Assembly: GCA_937907215.1 (NCBI GenBank)
Contig: CALESG010000110.1
Location: 4,635 to 68,634 of the forward strand
DNA from: an uncultured Ruminococcus sp.
GTDB lineage: Bacteria > Bacillota > Clostridia > Oscillospirales > Ruminococcaceae
Reading direction: 5' to 3'
DNA: 64,000 nucleotides
The notes beneath the pieces are model-generated. The model made no database searches and was not told the DNA's origin. It saw only the letters and a list, made by a program, of their open reading frames with translations. Position numbers and translations under genes: made by a program. Shown here piece by piece: positions 1 to 10,974 of this stretch; positions within the stretch are counted from its first letter, which is position 1; each line of letters begins with the position of its first letter.

Positions 1-202
1 ACATTATCTGCGGAAGATCCTTTTCTCCTCTTGGCGTAGTAGTGCCATCCTTTTTAGGTGCACGGCGTGACATAAAATGCAGCAGCTTGTCTTTGTCTAT
101 ATATTCTCCCGGCGGCAGATTATCTATTACAATGCCGATTGCCGGACCATGAGATTCCCCAAAGATTGAAAACGTAATGCGATTATTCCAGAACGATGAC
201 AT
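1..202 (-). CDS. aroC: chorismate synthase, N-terminal part (runs off window start)
   Basis: Manual translation MSSFWNNRITFSIFGESHGPAIGIVID... contains the FGESHG motif; GGGAGG RBS upstream; follows aroB. Confidence 0.9.
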   Translation of the reverse strand, partial: MSSFWNNRITFSIFGESHGPAIGIVIDNLPPGEYIDKDKLLHFMSRRAPKKDGTTTPRGEKDLPQIM

Positions 203-333
203 ATTACTTCCTCCCGATTTTTAACTTTAAACTGATACCATTACCATTTATTATTTTATATTATAACATAGACATTACAGGATTTCAATAGTTTTTTCTT
301 TTACAAACATCAGTAAAGGCACATTTTTAAACT

Positions 334-1377
334 TTATTTTTCCATCCACGCTGAAAATGAATCAAATGACATTGTATGGATCTCTGCTTTGCCGATAGTT
401 TTACATACAATAAATCTAAGCTGACTTGCAGCACGCTTTTTATCCTTGCCGCAAAGAGGAACAAGTTCTTTTATATCAGCAGGCACATTGGTTGGAAGGT
501 TATATGCCCTTACGCAATCTTTAAGTCTGTGTGCAATTTCAGCATCACAAGTTTTATCAGCCATCATGCACATACCAACAGCGACCGCACTTCCATGGCT
601 GTAAGTTTCATAATGATAATAGCTTTCTATAGCATGACCCAAAGTATGACCGAAATTTAAAATCATTCTCTCACCCGTATCAAACTCGTCCATTTCTACA
701 ACATCACGCTTTATACTTATACAGTTGGCAATAATATCTGTAATATCTGCCCATATACTTTCCTGATCATGCTTTGCAATAAGCTCAAAAAGTTTTTCAT
801 CACGTATCATGCCATATTTTATAACTTCGCCCATACCATCTGAGAAGATTTCAGGAGTAAGAGTTCTAAGCGTTTCAGGGTCACATATTACACATAACGG
901 CTGCTTAAATGCACCAACAAGATTCTTTCCGCCTTTAAGGTCAATGGCAGTTTTTCCGCCAACTGATGAATCCACTTGTGCAAGAAGTGTTGTAGGTATC
1001 TGAACAAAATCCATTCCTCTTAAAAATGTAGCTGCTGCAAATCCTGTAATATCACCAACTACACCACCGCCCAATGCAACCAAGCAGTCAGTTCTTGTTA
1101 TACTGTTTTCACATAGAAAATCATATATCTCAACAAGTGTATCCGCACATTTTGAAGTTTCTCCATGAGGAAAAACAAATTTTATAATATCAAATCCTGC
1201 TTTGGAAATAGAATCCTCCACAACTTTGCCATACAACTCATTTACCGTATCATCTGTAATAATCGCTATCTTCTGTGCCTTTGTTTTTTCTCTTATAATA
1301 TCTCCGCATGATTTTATAAGACCTTCCTGAATAAGAATATCATATTCAGTGCTTGCATGAACTGTAATCTTCTTCAT
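334..1377 (-). CDS. aroB: 3-dehydroquinate synthase
   Basis: GGGVVGD, PTTLLAQVDSSVGGKT, LNFGHTLGHAIE motifs. Confidence 0.97.
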   Translation of the reverse strand: MKKITVHASTEYDILIQEGLIKSCGDIIREKTKAQKIAIITDDTVNELYGKVVEDSISKAGFDIIKFVFPHGETSKCADTLVEIYDFLCENSITRTDCLVALGGGVVGDITGFAAATFLRGMDFVQIPTTLLAQVDSSVGGKTAIDLKGGKNLVGAFKQPLCVICDPETLRTLTPEIFSDGMGEVIKYGMIRDEKLFELIAKHDQESIWADITDIIANCISIKRDVVEMDEFDTGERMILNFGHTLGHAIESYYHYETYSHGSAVAVGMCMMADKTCDAEIAHRLKDCVRAYNLPTNVPADIKELVPLCGKDKKRAASQLRFIVCKTIGKAEIHTMSFDSFSAWMEK

Positions 1378-1495
1378 AATGCATTCCTCAATTCTAAACA
1401 GTTATTATCATTATTATTATACTCAACTTATATTATTATGTCAAGAATACTATTATAACTTATAAAACTTACAACTATAACATATTATCATGTTT

Positions 1496-1561
1496 AGAGC
1501 TTGTGTTCATAGGTTCAGCACACGTCTTTTCGAGCATACTTCATCTATGAACATAAGCTCT
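1496..1561. repeat. short, internally deleted copy of the MITE-like palindromic family
   Basis: Termini agagcttgtgttcatag / ctatgaacataagctct; internal cagcacacgtcttttcg is the reverse complement of part of the 20897-21058 copy. Confidence 0.7.
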
Positions 1562-1704
1562 TATAATAATATCATCAATACTAAAAAGATCACACCTCTG
1601 CATATTTTTTTAAAAAACTATGGTAATTATAATTTAAATATGATATAATATCATTGTGTATATTTTGCACGCAATAATTTAGAAAGGACTAAGAGAATTA
1701 TAAT

Positions 1705-2994
1705 ATGTCAGCTTCATACAAAAGATCTATGCTTTCGGAATCCATCGGATTTAATGCGATAGTTGACCCGAAATTCAAAACGAATGCTATAAATGTGCGT
1801 TTTATACTGCCCATTTCAAAAGAACGAAGTGCTGGCTATGCCTTGGCTGCCAGTCTTTTAACTACTAGCTGCCAGAAATATCCGTCTGTAACTCTGCTTA
1901 ACAGAAAAATGAACAGACTCTACTGCGGTTCTGCCAGTGTAAGCATCAATAAACTTGGTAATTATCAGGTTATAAATGTATCATTCTCTGCTCTATGCAA
2001 TTGCTATGCACTTGAGAATGAAGACATTCTGGGCGAACTTTTGGATATTGCAGAAAACTGCCTTCTCTATCCAAATATCGAAGACGGAGGCTTTTCCAAA
2101 AATGAATATGCGATCAAATATAAAGATCTGCTTGATACAATCGAGGCGGAAATAAATGATAAACGTGACTATACACTAAAAAAATGTATGGAGATCGCTT
2201 ATAAAAACGAAATATCCGCATTTTCAAGCTATGGTAAAAAGGAAGATGTTTTAAAGCTTACTCCGCAAAGCACATATGATGCCTATAAAGAACTTTTAAA
2301 AACATCGGCAATTGAGATATTCCTTGTATCTCCAAAGCCTGAACCATCTGTTGCTGATAAGTTTAAAAAGATTTTCGCTGCTGCAAATCGTGAAAATCCT
2401 ATGACTTTGCCATCATTTATAACACCAAGCCCGCTAAAAAACAAGCCGGAAGAATTTACAGAAATACTTCCTGTTACTCAATGCAAAATGGCTATGGCAT
2501 TTAAAACAGACTGTGACCAGATTTACACTATGATGCTTTTGAATATGTTATATGGTGCTACACCATTTTCATTGCTGTTTTCAAATGTTCGTGAAAAACT
2601 AAGCCTGTGCTACTACTGTTTAAGTTCTTACAGCGAAACAAAACAAACTCTAATTGTTGACTGCGGTGTTTTGAAATCAAACATCGAAACGGCCAAGGCT
2701 GAAATTATAAAACAACTTGAAAATATCGCAAATGGTGAATTTTCAGACGAACTTTTAGAGAATACTCGTATGTCTGCCTACAACTCTATTAAATCATTAG
2801 GTTCTACATCTTCATCATATGTGAGATGGTATTTTACAAATATTATTCGCAATGAAAATAGAACTGTTGAAAGTGCTGTTGCTAAGTTTAAAACAGTGAC
2901 CCGTGAGCAGATCATGGCAGCGGCTGCATCCCTTAAATTGGATACTGTTTATATACTTGAAGCATCTTCAGAGGAGGAAGGCGTTAATGAGTAA
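1705..2994 (+). CDS. M16 family peptidase, non-catalytic subunit (YmfF-like)
   Basis: SLLFSNVREKLSLCYY M16 C-domain signature; no HxxEH; paired with the downstream active subunit. Confidence 0.85.
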   Translation: MSASYKRSMLSESIGFNAIVDPKFKTNAINVRFILPISKERSAGYALAASLLTTSCQKYPSVTLLNRKMNRLYCGSASVSINKLGNYQVINVSFSALCNCYALENEDILGELLDIAENCLLYPNIEDGGFSKNEYAIKYKDLLDTIEAEINDKRDYTLKKCMEIAYKNEISAFSSYGKKEDVLKLTPQSTYDAYKELLKTSAIEIFLVSPKPEPSVADKFKKIFAAANRENPMTLPSFITPSPLKNKPEEFTEILPVTQCKMAMAFKTDCDQIYTMMLLNMLYGATPFSLLFSNVREKLSLCYYCLSSYSETKQTLIVDCGVLKSNIETAKAEIIKQLENIANGEFSDELLENTRMSAYNSIKSLGSTSSSYVRWYFTNIIRNENRTVESAVAKFKTVTREQIMAAAASLKLDTVYILEASSEEEGVNE

Positions 2995-4309
2995 AAAAAC
3001 AACTAAAACTATTATTAAAAGCACCATCACAGGCGATACCTGTATTAAAATAGACCACTCAAGCGGACTAACTATTTATGTTGATGAAATGGAAGATTTT
3101 TCTACAACTCATGCTTTATTCGCTGCAAAATATGGTTCTATAAACACAAAATTTAAAACCTGCCATGATGATGATTACTGTACTGTGCCTGAAGGCATTG
3201 CTCATTTTCTGGAGCATAAGCTTTTTGAAAACGAAGACTGCGATGTATTCAACCTATATGCTAAAACAGGTGCAAATGCTAATGCATACACATCATTTGA
3301 CAGAACCTGCTATCTTTTCAGCTGCTCTGACCACTATAAAGAATCACTTGAAATACTGCTTTCATTTGTGCAAAATCCTTATTTCACTCCCGAAAGCGTA
3401 CAAAAAGAGCTTGGCATAATCGGACAGGAAATACAAATGACAAATGACGATCCGGGCTGGATAGTACTTTTCAATATGCTTAGAGGTCTTTACCACAATC
3501 ATCCTGTAAAAATTGACATTGCCGGCACAGAAGAAAGCATTGCACAAATTACGGATACTCTTTTGTATCGCTGCTACAATACTTTTTACAATCTTCATAA
3601 TATGGTACTTTCAGTTGCTGGCAACTGCAAAGTTGATGAAGTTCTGGAAATTGCTGACAAGCTATTGAAACCTTGTGAAGACTTGAGTTTGGAATCAGTA
3701 TTTCCTGATGAACCGATGACGATCGTAAAACATGAAACAGTGGAATATGCAGCAGTTGGTACAACAATGTTTTCACTTGGATTCAAGTGTGCTCCAAAAG
3801 ATGGTTTTTGCAGTACAAAAGCAAGAACAGAAGCATATCTTGCAATACAGATACTCGCTAATGCATCTTCCGAACTTTATCGTTCACTTATGGATGACGG
3901 ACTGATAAACAATGTTTTTGCAAGCGAAATATTCAACGGTGACGGATATTTTACAATCATATTTGAAGGTGAATCACCGGATCCAAATACTGTAAAAGAT
4001 AGAATTATAGAAGCGATCTATAACGCTAAGAAAAACGGTCTTGACAAAGAACTTTTTGATGAAGTTTTAAAATCAACATACGGTGAAATGATAATTGATA
4101 CAAACAATGTAGGCTCTATGGCAAACATCATGTTGAATGCTCATCTAAATGGTGACGCTTCTCCGTTTGATACTATAAAATTATTATCAAAAATGACGAT
4201 CGATGATGTAAACAGATTTGTATGTGACGAAATAGATCCACAGCTATATTCTCTTTCAATTGTAAAGAACAGTCAAAACCGTCATGCGGAAGGAGATGTA
4301 CAGCAATGA
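2987..4309 (+). CDS. M16 family zinc peptidase (YmfH-like)
   Basis: PEGIAHFLEHKLF (HxxEH) and NAYTSFDRTCY; start moved to ATG 2987 after the GAGGAGG RBS. Confidence 0.9.
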   Translation: MSKKTTKTIIKSTITGDTCIKIDHSSGLTIYVDEMEDFSTTHALFAAKYGSINTKFKTCHDDDYCTVPEGIAHFLEHKLFENEDCDVFNLYAKTGANANAYTSFDRTCYLFSCSDHYKESLEILLSFVQNPYFTPESVQKELGIIGQEIQMTNDDPGWIVLFNMLRGLYHNHPVKIDIAGTEESIAQITDTLLYRCYNTFYNLHNMVLSVAGNCKVDEVLEIADKLLKPCEDLSLESVFPDEPMTIVKHETVEYAAVGTTMFSLGFKCAPKDGFCSTKARTEAYLAIQILANASSELYRSLMDDGLINNVFASEIFNGDGYFTIIFEGESPDPNTVKDRIIEAIYNAKKNGLDKELFDEVLKSTYGEMIIDTNNVGSMANIMLNAHLNGDASPFDTIKLLSKMTIDDVNRFVCDEIDPQLYSLSIVKNSQNRHAEGDVQQ

Positions 4310-5433
4310 GCGAAGAATATTTGAATCTACAGCATGACCAGGTGGCTTTTCCAAAACTTGGGTTGATATTTGACTTGGATTCCACTGCGTTTACAATATT
4401 CGGCGTTGATATTCAATGGTACGGATTGCTGATAACTTTTGGTATGCTGCTTGCAATAATTTTTGCATTCTCTCAAATGAAACGTTACGGCATAGTCGCT
4501 GACCGTGCTATTGATGCTATTATAGGCGGTATTATAGGCGGTATTGTAGGTGCAAGAACTTATTATGTTATACTTGAATGGGATCAATACAAAGATAACC
4601 CTGTAGATATTTTCAATATACGTCTTGGCGGCCTGGCTATTTACGGCGGTATAATAGGAGCGATCCTTGTTGGCGGAATAGTCGCAAAACTGCGCAAAGT
4701 GAAATTGCTGCCTTTGCTTGACATTGTCGGTCAGGGTTTTCTTATAGGACAATGCATTGGAAGATGGGGAAATTTCTTTAATCAAGAAGCTTTCGGCTGC
4801 AACACCGATTCTATTTTTGGCATGACAGGCGGAAGAATTCAAAGCTGGATCACTTCTAACTATGCAAATACTAACTGCTATAATAATTTGCAAGTTAATT
4901 TAGATCCTAATATGCCTGTACATCCATGCTTTTTATATGAATCCATATGGTGCCTTTTAGGATTTATTCTACTTGCAGTTACTGCAAAAAAATGGCGTAA
5001 ATTTGATGGACAAGTTTTCCTTATATACATCGCTTGGTACGGTCTTGGACGCTCATTTATAGAAGGACTTAGAACTGACAGCCTTGTAATAGGCAATATA
5101 CGTGTTTCTCAGGCTTTGTCAATATTATGCGTAGTCATATCCGTTGCTCTTCTAATTATAATCGGCTCAAAGGTAAAGAGGCTGGGAAGCGATTATAAAC
5201 TTTACTGTGAAACAGACGAGTCAAAAGAACTTCTTATGCAGGCAAAAGAAGCTCGTTTAAAAGATAAGTCTAAATCAAAAACCAATAAAAATATTCAAGA
5301 AAAAGAACCTGAAGATAAAAATACTGAAAAATCAAAAGATTCTCAAACAGATGAAAATAGTCAAAACAATGCAGATAATGCAAACAACATAAATAATGAA
5401 ACAGCTGATGCTGACAAAAACAAGGAGGAATAA
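4306..5433 (+). CDS. lgt: prolipoprotein diacylglyceryl transferase
   Basis: WYG, GGLAIYGG, IGRWGNFFNQE, HPCFLYES motifs; charged low-complexity C-terminal tail. Confidence 0.95.
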   Translation: MSEEYLNLQHDQVAFPKLGLIFDLDSTAFTIFGVDIQWYGLLITFGMLLAIIFAFSQMKRYGIVADRAIDAIIGGIIGGIVGARTYYVILEWDQYKDNPVDIFNIRLGGLAIYGGIIGAILVGGIVAKLRKVKLLPLLDIVGQGFLIGQCIGRWGNFFNQEAFGCNTDSIFGMTGGRIQSWITSNYANTNCYNNLQVNLDPNMPVHPCFLYESIWCLLGFILLAVTAKKWRKFDGQVFLIYIAWYGLGRSFIEGLRTDSLVIGNIRVSQALSILCVVISVALLIIIGSKVKRLGSDYKLYCETDESKELLMQAKEARLKDKSKSKTNKNIQEKEPEDKNTEKSKDSQTDENSQNNADNANNINNETADADKNKEE

Positions 5434-5435
5434 TT

Positions 5436-6296
5436 ATGTCAAAAATCATAAGCGGAAAGACAGTATCCGCAGAAGTTCGTGAAAATCTTAAAAAGGAAAC
5501 AGAGGCACTTATTGAATCCGCAGGAATATATCCGGGATTGGCAGTAATTCTTGTAGGAAATGATCCGGCATCTCAGGTTTATGTACGCAACAAACAGCTT
5601 GCCTGTGAAGAACTGGGATTCCACGCATTTGAATACAAACTCAGTGAAAACACTACTCAAGAACAGCTGCTTGATCTTATCAATATTCTAAATAAAGATA
5701 AAAAAGTACATGGTATATTAGTACAGCTTCCTCTTCCGGATCACTTGGATGAAAAATCAGTACTATATTCAATCACACCGGAAAAAGATGTTGACGCATT
5801 CCATCCGCTGAATGTAGGCAAAATCATGATAGGAAATTACGATGTACTTCCTTGTACACCGGCTGGCGTTATGGAAATGATTGATTGGGCTGGAATAGAA
5901 ATATCCGGAAAAAAGTGCGTTGTTGTAGGAAGAAGCAACATTGTTGGCAAACCTATGGCTATGCTTCTTCTTCAGAGAAGCGGAACTGTAACGATATGTC
6001 ACTCCAAAACAAAAAACCTGAAGGAAGTATGTGCTGATGCTGACATTCTGGTTGTAGCTATAGGAAAGCCTAAATTCGTCACCGCTGATATGGTAAAGGA
6101 AGGTGCAGTTGTAATTGACGTTGGCATTAACAGAGATGAAAACAACAAACTCTGCGGTGATGTTGATTATGAAAATGTAGAGCCAAAGGCAAGCTTTATA
6201 ACTCCTGTTCCTGGTGGCGTTGGACCTATGACAATAACAATGCTTATGAAAAACACTCTCCATGCAGCTAAACTTCAAAATGGAATTAAAGATTAA
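5436..6296 (+). CDS. folD: bifunctional methylene-THF dehydrogenase/cyclohydrolase
   Basis: KDVDAFHP, PCTP, GRSNIVGKP, TPVPGGVGPMT. Confidence 0.97.
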   Translation: MSKIISGKTVSAEVRENLKKETEALIESAGIYPGLAVILVGNDPASQVYVRNKQLACEELGFHAFEYKLSENTTQEQLLDLINILNKDKKVHGILVQLPLPDHLDEKSVLYSITPEKDVDAFHPLNVGKIMIGNYDVLPCTPAGVMEMIDWAGIEISGKKCVVVGRSNIVGKPMAMLLLQRSGTVTICHSKTKNLKEVCADADILVVAIGKPKFVTADMVKEGAVVIDVGINRDENNKLCGDVDYENVEPKASFITPVPGGVGPMTITMLMKNTLHAAKLQNGIKD

Positions 6297-6389
6297 AAGC
6301 AAGCTGTCGCCATGATGATCAAGAGATTGATTTAAATTGCATCGCACATACGCACGCTTATGCGTGCTGTGTTCGAATCGACAAATAGC

Positions 6390-6433
6390 AAAAAAGGCTG
6401 TTGCAATTAAAATTTCTGCAACAGCCTTTTTTT
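6390..6433. terminator. bidirectional intrinsic terminator between folD and acpP
   Basis: aaaaaaggctgttgca...tgcaacagccttttttt hairpin flanked by A and T tracts between convergent genes. Confidence 0.85.
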
Positions 6434-6456
6434 AACTATTTTATTTTGCTTGAATC

Positions 6457-6687
6457 TTATTCAGCAGCGTTGTCAATGTAATTTACAATGTCGCCAACTG
6501 TCTTGATGTTTTCAACATCTTCATCTTCGATCTTAACTTCAAATGCATCTTCAACAGACATTACCAGGTCAACAATATCCAAAGAATCAGCACCGAGATC
6601 GTCCTGAATATTAGCCTCCATTGTTACCTTGTCTTCCTCAACATCAAGCTGATCTACAATGAGTTCCTTAATCTTGTCAAATGTCAT
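6457..6687 (-). CDS. acpP: acyl carrier protein
   Basis: LGADSLD phosphopantetheine site; 76 aa, acidic. Confidence 0.97.
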   Translation of the reverse strand: MTFDKIKELIVDQLDVEEDKVTMEANIQDDLGADSLDIVDLVMSVEDAFEVKIEDEDVENIKTVGDIVNYIDNAAE

Positions 6688-6755
6688 TTCAAAATTCCTC
6701 CAAATATTTTATTTTTGGGTAGTTTTAACCCAGAATGTATATAATCAATGTGCCT

Positions 6756-6919
6756 AGAAATTGTGTTCATAAGGAAGCTGTGCGGATTTTTGAGCATAAT
6801 TTTTACGAGTGCAAGGCGAGAAAGCGAAAGCATACTGACGTATGATGAGCTTTTGTTGGCACAAACATCGGCAAATTTCGCCGAAAAAACGTGCAGCTTA
6901 TCCTATGAACACAAGTTCT
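6756..6919. repeat. ~164-bp MITE-like palindromic element
   Basis: TIRs agaaattgtgttcata / tatgaacacaagttct; imperfect hairpin over its whole length; similar to copies at 20.9, 23.6 and 24.7 kb. Confidence 0.8.
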
Positions 6920-7728
6920 TAAATAAACACACCAATTTTCCTAAACTTAGTATACCGTTCTTTTAGCAAAAGGTCAATATCTTTTTTAGATTTTTCTGCA
7001 ACAATTTTAGCCAAATATTCTTTCATATTTTCTGAGATTTTGTACAAATCGTTTACTGCATCTGTATCAGACTCTGAAATTATTGCTTCTGCTACACCAA
7101 ATTCAACCATATCTTCAGCAGTTATGTGCAAAACTTCACAAGCTTCCTGTTCACGTGACGCATCTTTCCAAAGAATAGAGGCTGCACCTCTAGGTGAAAT
7201 AGGTGTATATAAGGCGTTCTCAAGCATAGCCAGAGCATCGCATACACCAAGTGCAAGTGCACCGCCGCTTCCGCCTTCGCTAAGTACAATTGAAATTACC
7301 GGCGTTTTAAGTGACATAAACTCTGCAATATTCTTCGCAATAGCTTCTCCCTGTCCACGCTTTTCGGCTTCTACGCCGCAAAATGCACCGGGTGTATCTA
7401 TAAAACAAATAACAGGTCTATGAAATTTCTCTGCCTGACGTGCAAGACGAAGTGCCTTGCGGTATCCTTCAGGATGCGGCATTGCAAAATTAGATGCCTT
7501 GTTTTCCTGTATATTTCTACCCTTTACTTCAGCTATAATAGTAACAGGAGTTCCACAGATTCTGCCTATTCCACCAAGAATAGCTCCATCATCGCCTACT
7601 CCTCTGTCGCCGTGAAGTTCATAGAAATCCTCAAAAACAAGCGGCAGATAATCACGAATAGTCGGTCGTGTTTTATCATGAATAATAGACATTCGTTCCC
7701 ATGCTGTTCTTGTATTAACTCTTTTCAT
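6919..7728 (-). CDS. accA: acetyl-CoA carboxylase carboxyltransferase alpha subunit
   Basis: ELHGDR, PEGYRKALR, IDTPGA, GGSGGALA; start at MKRVN after the GGAGGTG RBS. Confidence 0.95.
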   Translation of the reverse strand: MKRVNTRTAWERMSIIHDKTRPTIRDYLPLVFEDFYELHGDRGVGDDGAILGGIGRICGTPVTIIAEVKGRNIQENKASNFAMPHPEGYRKALRLARQAEKFHRPVICFIDTPGAFCGVEAEKRGQGEAIAKNIAEFMSLKTPVISIVLSEGGSGGALALGVCDALAMLENALYTPISPRGAASILWKDASREQEACEVLHITAEDMVEFGVAEAIISESDTDAVNDLYKISENMKEYLAKIVAEKSKKDIDLLLKERYTKFRKIGVFI

Positions 7729-7732
7729 CGCT

Positions 7733-8590
7733 TCACACCTCCTGCTTTTTTGATTCTGCATTATATCCGTGAAGCTTAAGCAAATGAGAAAGCACACTGC
7801 GCATCTTGTTGCGTCTTACAATCATATCAACAAATCCATGTTCCAACTGAAATTCTGCCAGCTGGAAATCATTAGGCAAATGCTGCTTTATCGTTCCTTC
7901 AATAACACGTCTGCCTGCAAATCCAATAAGAACCTTTGGCTCTGCTATTATAATATCACCGAGTGATGCAAATGATGCTGTTACACCGCCTGTTGTAGGA
8001 TCGGTCATTACAGTTATGTAAAGCTGTCCGGCTTCATTGTGTTTCTGCACAGCGGCAGAAGTTTTTGCCATCTGCATAAGAGATATGATTCCCTCTTGCA
8101 TTCTTGCTCCGCCTGAAGCTGTAAAAGCAACTACAGGAAGTTTATTTTCCGCTGCATATTCAAATGCACGTGTAATTTTCTCACCGACAACGCTGCCCAT
8201 AGACGCCATCATAAAGTTTGAATCCATTACTATCAAAACAGTTTTGCTGCCTTTTATTGTACACATACCAGTAACTACAGCGTCCTTAAGACCGGTCTTT
8301 TGCTGTAAATCTGCCACCTTTTGAGCGTAACCCGGAAATTCCAATGGGTCAGCACTGCAAAGATCTTTATCAAACTCTACAAAAGAACCGCCATCAGCAG
8401 TTATTGATATTCTTTCAGCAGCCGTCAGTCTGGCATGATACTGACAATTCGGGCAGACTTTTCCAAGCTCTGCAAGTTTCTGCTGAGTTATAGATGCTCC
8501 GCAGCGTGGGCATTTAAACATTGGCACTGCGGATTCAGGGTCATCACCATTAAAACGCTTTGTGACCGTTTTAAACAAATCTTCTAACAT
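7733..8590 (-). CDS. accD: acetyl-CoA carboxylase carboxyltransferase beta subunit
   Basis: CxxC...CxxC zinc ribbon, SGGARMQEG, PTTGGVTASFA. Confidence 0.96.
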   Translation of the reverse strand: MLEDLFKTVTKRFNGDDPESAVPMFKCPRCGASITQQKLAELGKVCPNCQYHARLTAAERISITADGGSFVEFDKDLCSADPLEFPGYAQKVADLQQKTGLKDAVVTGMCTIKGSKTVLIVMDSNFMMASMGSVVGEKITRAFEYAAENKLPVVAFTASGGARMQEGIISLMQMAKTSAAVQKHNEAGQLYITVMTDPTTGGVTASFASLGDIIIAEPKVLIGFAGRRVIEGTIKQHLPNDFQLAEFQLEHGFVDMIVRRNKMRSVLSHLLKLHGYNAESKKQEV

Positions 8591-8651
8591 ATCGTATCAC
8601 CATATTACAGCTGCCTTATGCAGCCTGTCCTCTTCCATTATGATTATGATC

Positions 8652-10010
8652 TTATGATTTTTTCAGCTGTTCCAGATAATTCATCAGAAAAGCGTTGTCA
8701 TAATTTCCTTCTTCAAAATCTTGATTTTTAAGAAGCTTCAACTGGAAATCTATATTCGTATCTATTCCTTCTACAATAAATTCAGCCAGAGCCAGACGCA
8801 TTTTCATAATGGCTTCTTTTCTTGTAGGTGCATGAACAATGAGCTTTGCAATCATTGAATCATAATAAGGTGGAATTGTATATCCCTGATATACTGCACT
8901 GTCAATTCTAACTCCCGGACCTCCAGGTATGTAAAGTGCATCTATTGTACCAGGTGACGGACGAAAATCCAAATCAGGATTTTCTGCATTTATACGGCAC
9001 TCTATTGAATGACCGGTAAGCTTTATATCCTCCTGCTTAAACGGCAGCTTTTCACCCTGTGCAATTTTAAGCTGCATTTGTACAAGGTCAATTCCTGTTA
9101 CAAATTCTGTTACAGGGTGTTCTACTTGGATACGTGTATTCATTTCCATAAAATAGAAATTTCTATCCTTATCAACAAGAAATTCTATCGTGCCTGCATT
9201 GCAGTAGCCTGCTGCTTTAGCGGCCTTTACAGCTGCCTCCTGCATTTTTTGTCTTAGTTCATCCGTCATAAGCGGGCTTGGACTTTCCTCCAATACCTTC
9301 TGATTGCGACGCTGCATACTACAGTCACGTTCGCCCAATGCCACTGTATTGCCGAATGAATCTGCTAAGATCTGTATTTCAACATGATGTGGGCCAACAA
9401 TAAGCTTTTCAATGTAAACATCATCATTTCCAAAAAACTTCAAAGCTTCGTCCTTGGCAAGTGTGAGCTGTGCTTCCATCTGCTCATCATTGTCGACTCT
9501 TCTTATACCTCTGCCGCCGCCGCCTGCCGATGCTTTTACAAGTACAGGATAACCTATTTCAGCTGCAATTTTCTTTGCATCCTCTACTGAACCAACAACA
9601 CCATCTGAACCAGGAATTACAGGAACTCCTGCTGCTTTCATAGTTTCTTTGGCGTTAGCCTTGTCACCAAGCATTAAAATAGATTCCGGTGTAGGACCCA
9701 CAAATGTTATGCCATGCTCTCTGCAAAGTGCTGCAAATTCTGCACTTTCAGATAAAAATCCAAAACCAGGGTGAATTGCATCTGCACCTGTATTCTCACA
9801 CGCTGCAATGAGTGCCTGCATATTGAGATAACTATCTTTTGTAGCCGGAGGCCCTATACAAACAGACTCATCAGAGATCTTTGAATGTATGGCAGATCTG
9901 TCAGCTGTTGAATATACTGTTACACAATGAAATCCAAGTTCACGACAGGCACGTATAATTCTTACTGCGATCTCACCACGGTTAGCGATTAAAACTTTAC
10001 TGAAACTCAT
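8652..10010 (-). CDS. accC: biotin carboxylase
   Basis: ANRGEIA, KASAGGGGRG, ERDCSMQRRNQK, EMNTRIQVEHPVTE. Confidence 0.97.
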   Translation of the reverse strand: MSFSKVLIANRGEIAVRIIRACRELGFHCVTVYSTADRSAIHSKISDESVCIGPPATKDSYLNMQALIAACENTGADAIHPGFGFLSESAEFAALCREHGITFVGPTPESILMLGDKANAKETMKAAGVPVIPGSDGVVGSVEDAKKIAAEIGYPVLVKASAGGGGRGIRRVDNDEQMEAQLTLAKDEALKFFGNDDVYIEKLIVGPHHVEIQILADSFGNTVALGERDCSMQRRNQKVLEESPSPLMTDELRQKMQEAAVKAAKAAGYCNAGTIEFLVDKDRNFYFMEMNTRIQVEHPVTEFVTGIDLVQMQLKIAQGEKLPFKQEDIKLTGHSIECRINAENPDLDFRPSPGTIDALYIPGGPGVRIDSAVYQGYTIPPYYDSMIAKLIVHAPTRKEAIMKMRLALAEFIVEGIDTNIDFQLKLLKNQDFEEGNYDNAFLMNYLEQLKKS

Positions 10011-10023
10011 AAGCAATGCTTCC

Positions 10024-10461
10024 TTACTTTTCTACGGCAAATTTTATCTCGCAGGTAACAGCTTTCTTTCCATCGACAGATGCAGTAGCTTTGCCTACGC
10101 CTATAGGTCCTCTTTGACTAATGATCTCAACTTCAAGGTCAAGAACATCACCCGGTACTACCTGACGGCGGAACTTTGCCTTATCAATACCTGCAAAAAG
10201 TGCAATTTTTCCCTTGAACTCCGGCTGAGAGAGAATACATACTGCACCTGTCTGAGCCAGCATTTCAACCATAAGAACACCAGGTGTTACAGGTTTCTCC
10301 GGAAAATGTCCCTTGAACCAATAGTCATCTTCCTTTATATATTTACGTGCAACAACACGTTTGCCTTCTTCCATTTCTAATACTTCATCTATAAGAAGAA
10401 ATGGGTCACGATGAGGTATTACCTCCATGATCTGTTCTCTGTTCATCAAAACATCTGCCAT
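10024..10461 (-). CDS. fabZ: 3-hydroxyacyl-ACP dehydratase
   Basis: IPHRDPFLLID, FKGHFP...PGVLMVE. Confidence 0.96.
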   Translation of the reverse strand: MADVLMNREQIMEVIPHRDPFLLIDEVLEMEEGKRVVARKYIKEDDYWFKGHFPEKPVTPGVLMVEMLAQTGAVCILSQPEFKGKIALFAGIDKAKFRRQVVPGDVLDLEVEIISQRGPIGVGKATASVDGKKAVTCEIKFAVEK

Positions 10462-10482
10462 TTGCTAAACCTCCTGTATATT

Positions 10483-10962
10483 TCAGCGAATACGCATAAT
10501 CGGTTGATCATATTCTACTGCTTCTCCATTTGAAACAAGTATTTCATCTACAACACCATCAAAGTCGCTTGTAACTTCATTCATAAGTTTCATTGACTCA
10601 ATAATCATCAATACATCGCCTTTTTTAACAGTGTCGCCAACTTTTACATAAGGTTCATCATCAGGACTTGCTGATGCATAAAATGTTCCAACCAGCGGAG
10701 CTTTTACTATATTTCCAACAGGTGCTTCTTCCTTCTTTGCAGATGTATCAGCAGCTGCTTCTGTTGGCTCTGCATTTACTGCCGGTACAGCTTCCTGAAT
10801 TGCCGGAACATATGGAGCAGCGGCAGACTGCATTATCTGAACAGGCTGCTTAGCAGTTCCCTCAATAACAAGCTCATATTCATCTGTCTTTAATTTGAGC
10901 TTTTCAAGCTTATACTCTGAAACGGCTTTTGCAAGCTCTTTTATTTCATCAATAGTATACAT
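10483..10962 (-). CDS. accB: biotin carboxyl carrier protein
   Basis: ESMKLMNE biotinylation motif; Ala/Pro-rich linker. Confidence 0.95.
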   Translation of the reverse strand: MYTIDEIKELAKAVSEYKLEKLKLKTDEYELVIEGTAKQPVQIMQSAAAPYVPAIQEAVPAVNAEPTEAAADTSAKKEEAPVGNIVKAPLVGTFYASASPDDEPYVKVGDTVKKGDVLMIIESMKLMNEVTSDFDGVVDEILVSNGEAVEYDQPIMRIR

Positions 10963-10974
10963 CTCTATTCTCCT

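Noticed and set aside
6300..6389. Small hairpin gcacgc-ttat-gcgtgc after folD
   Set aside because: Too short and unique in the window to support an ncRNA or repeat call
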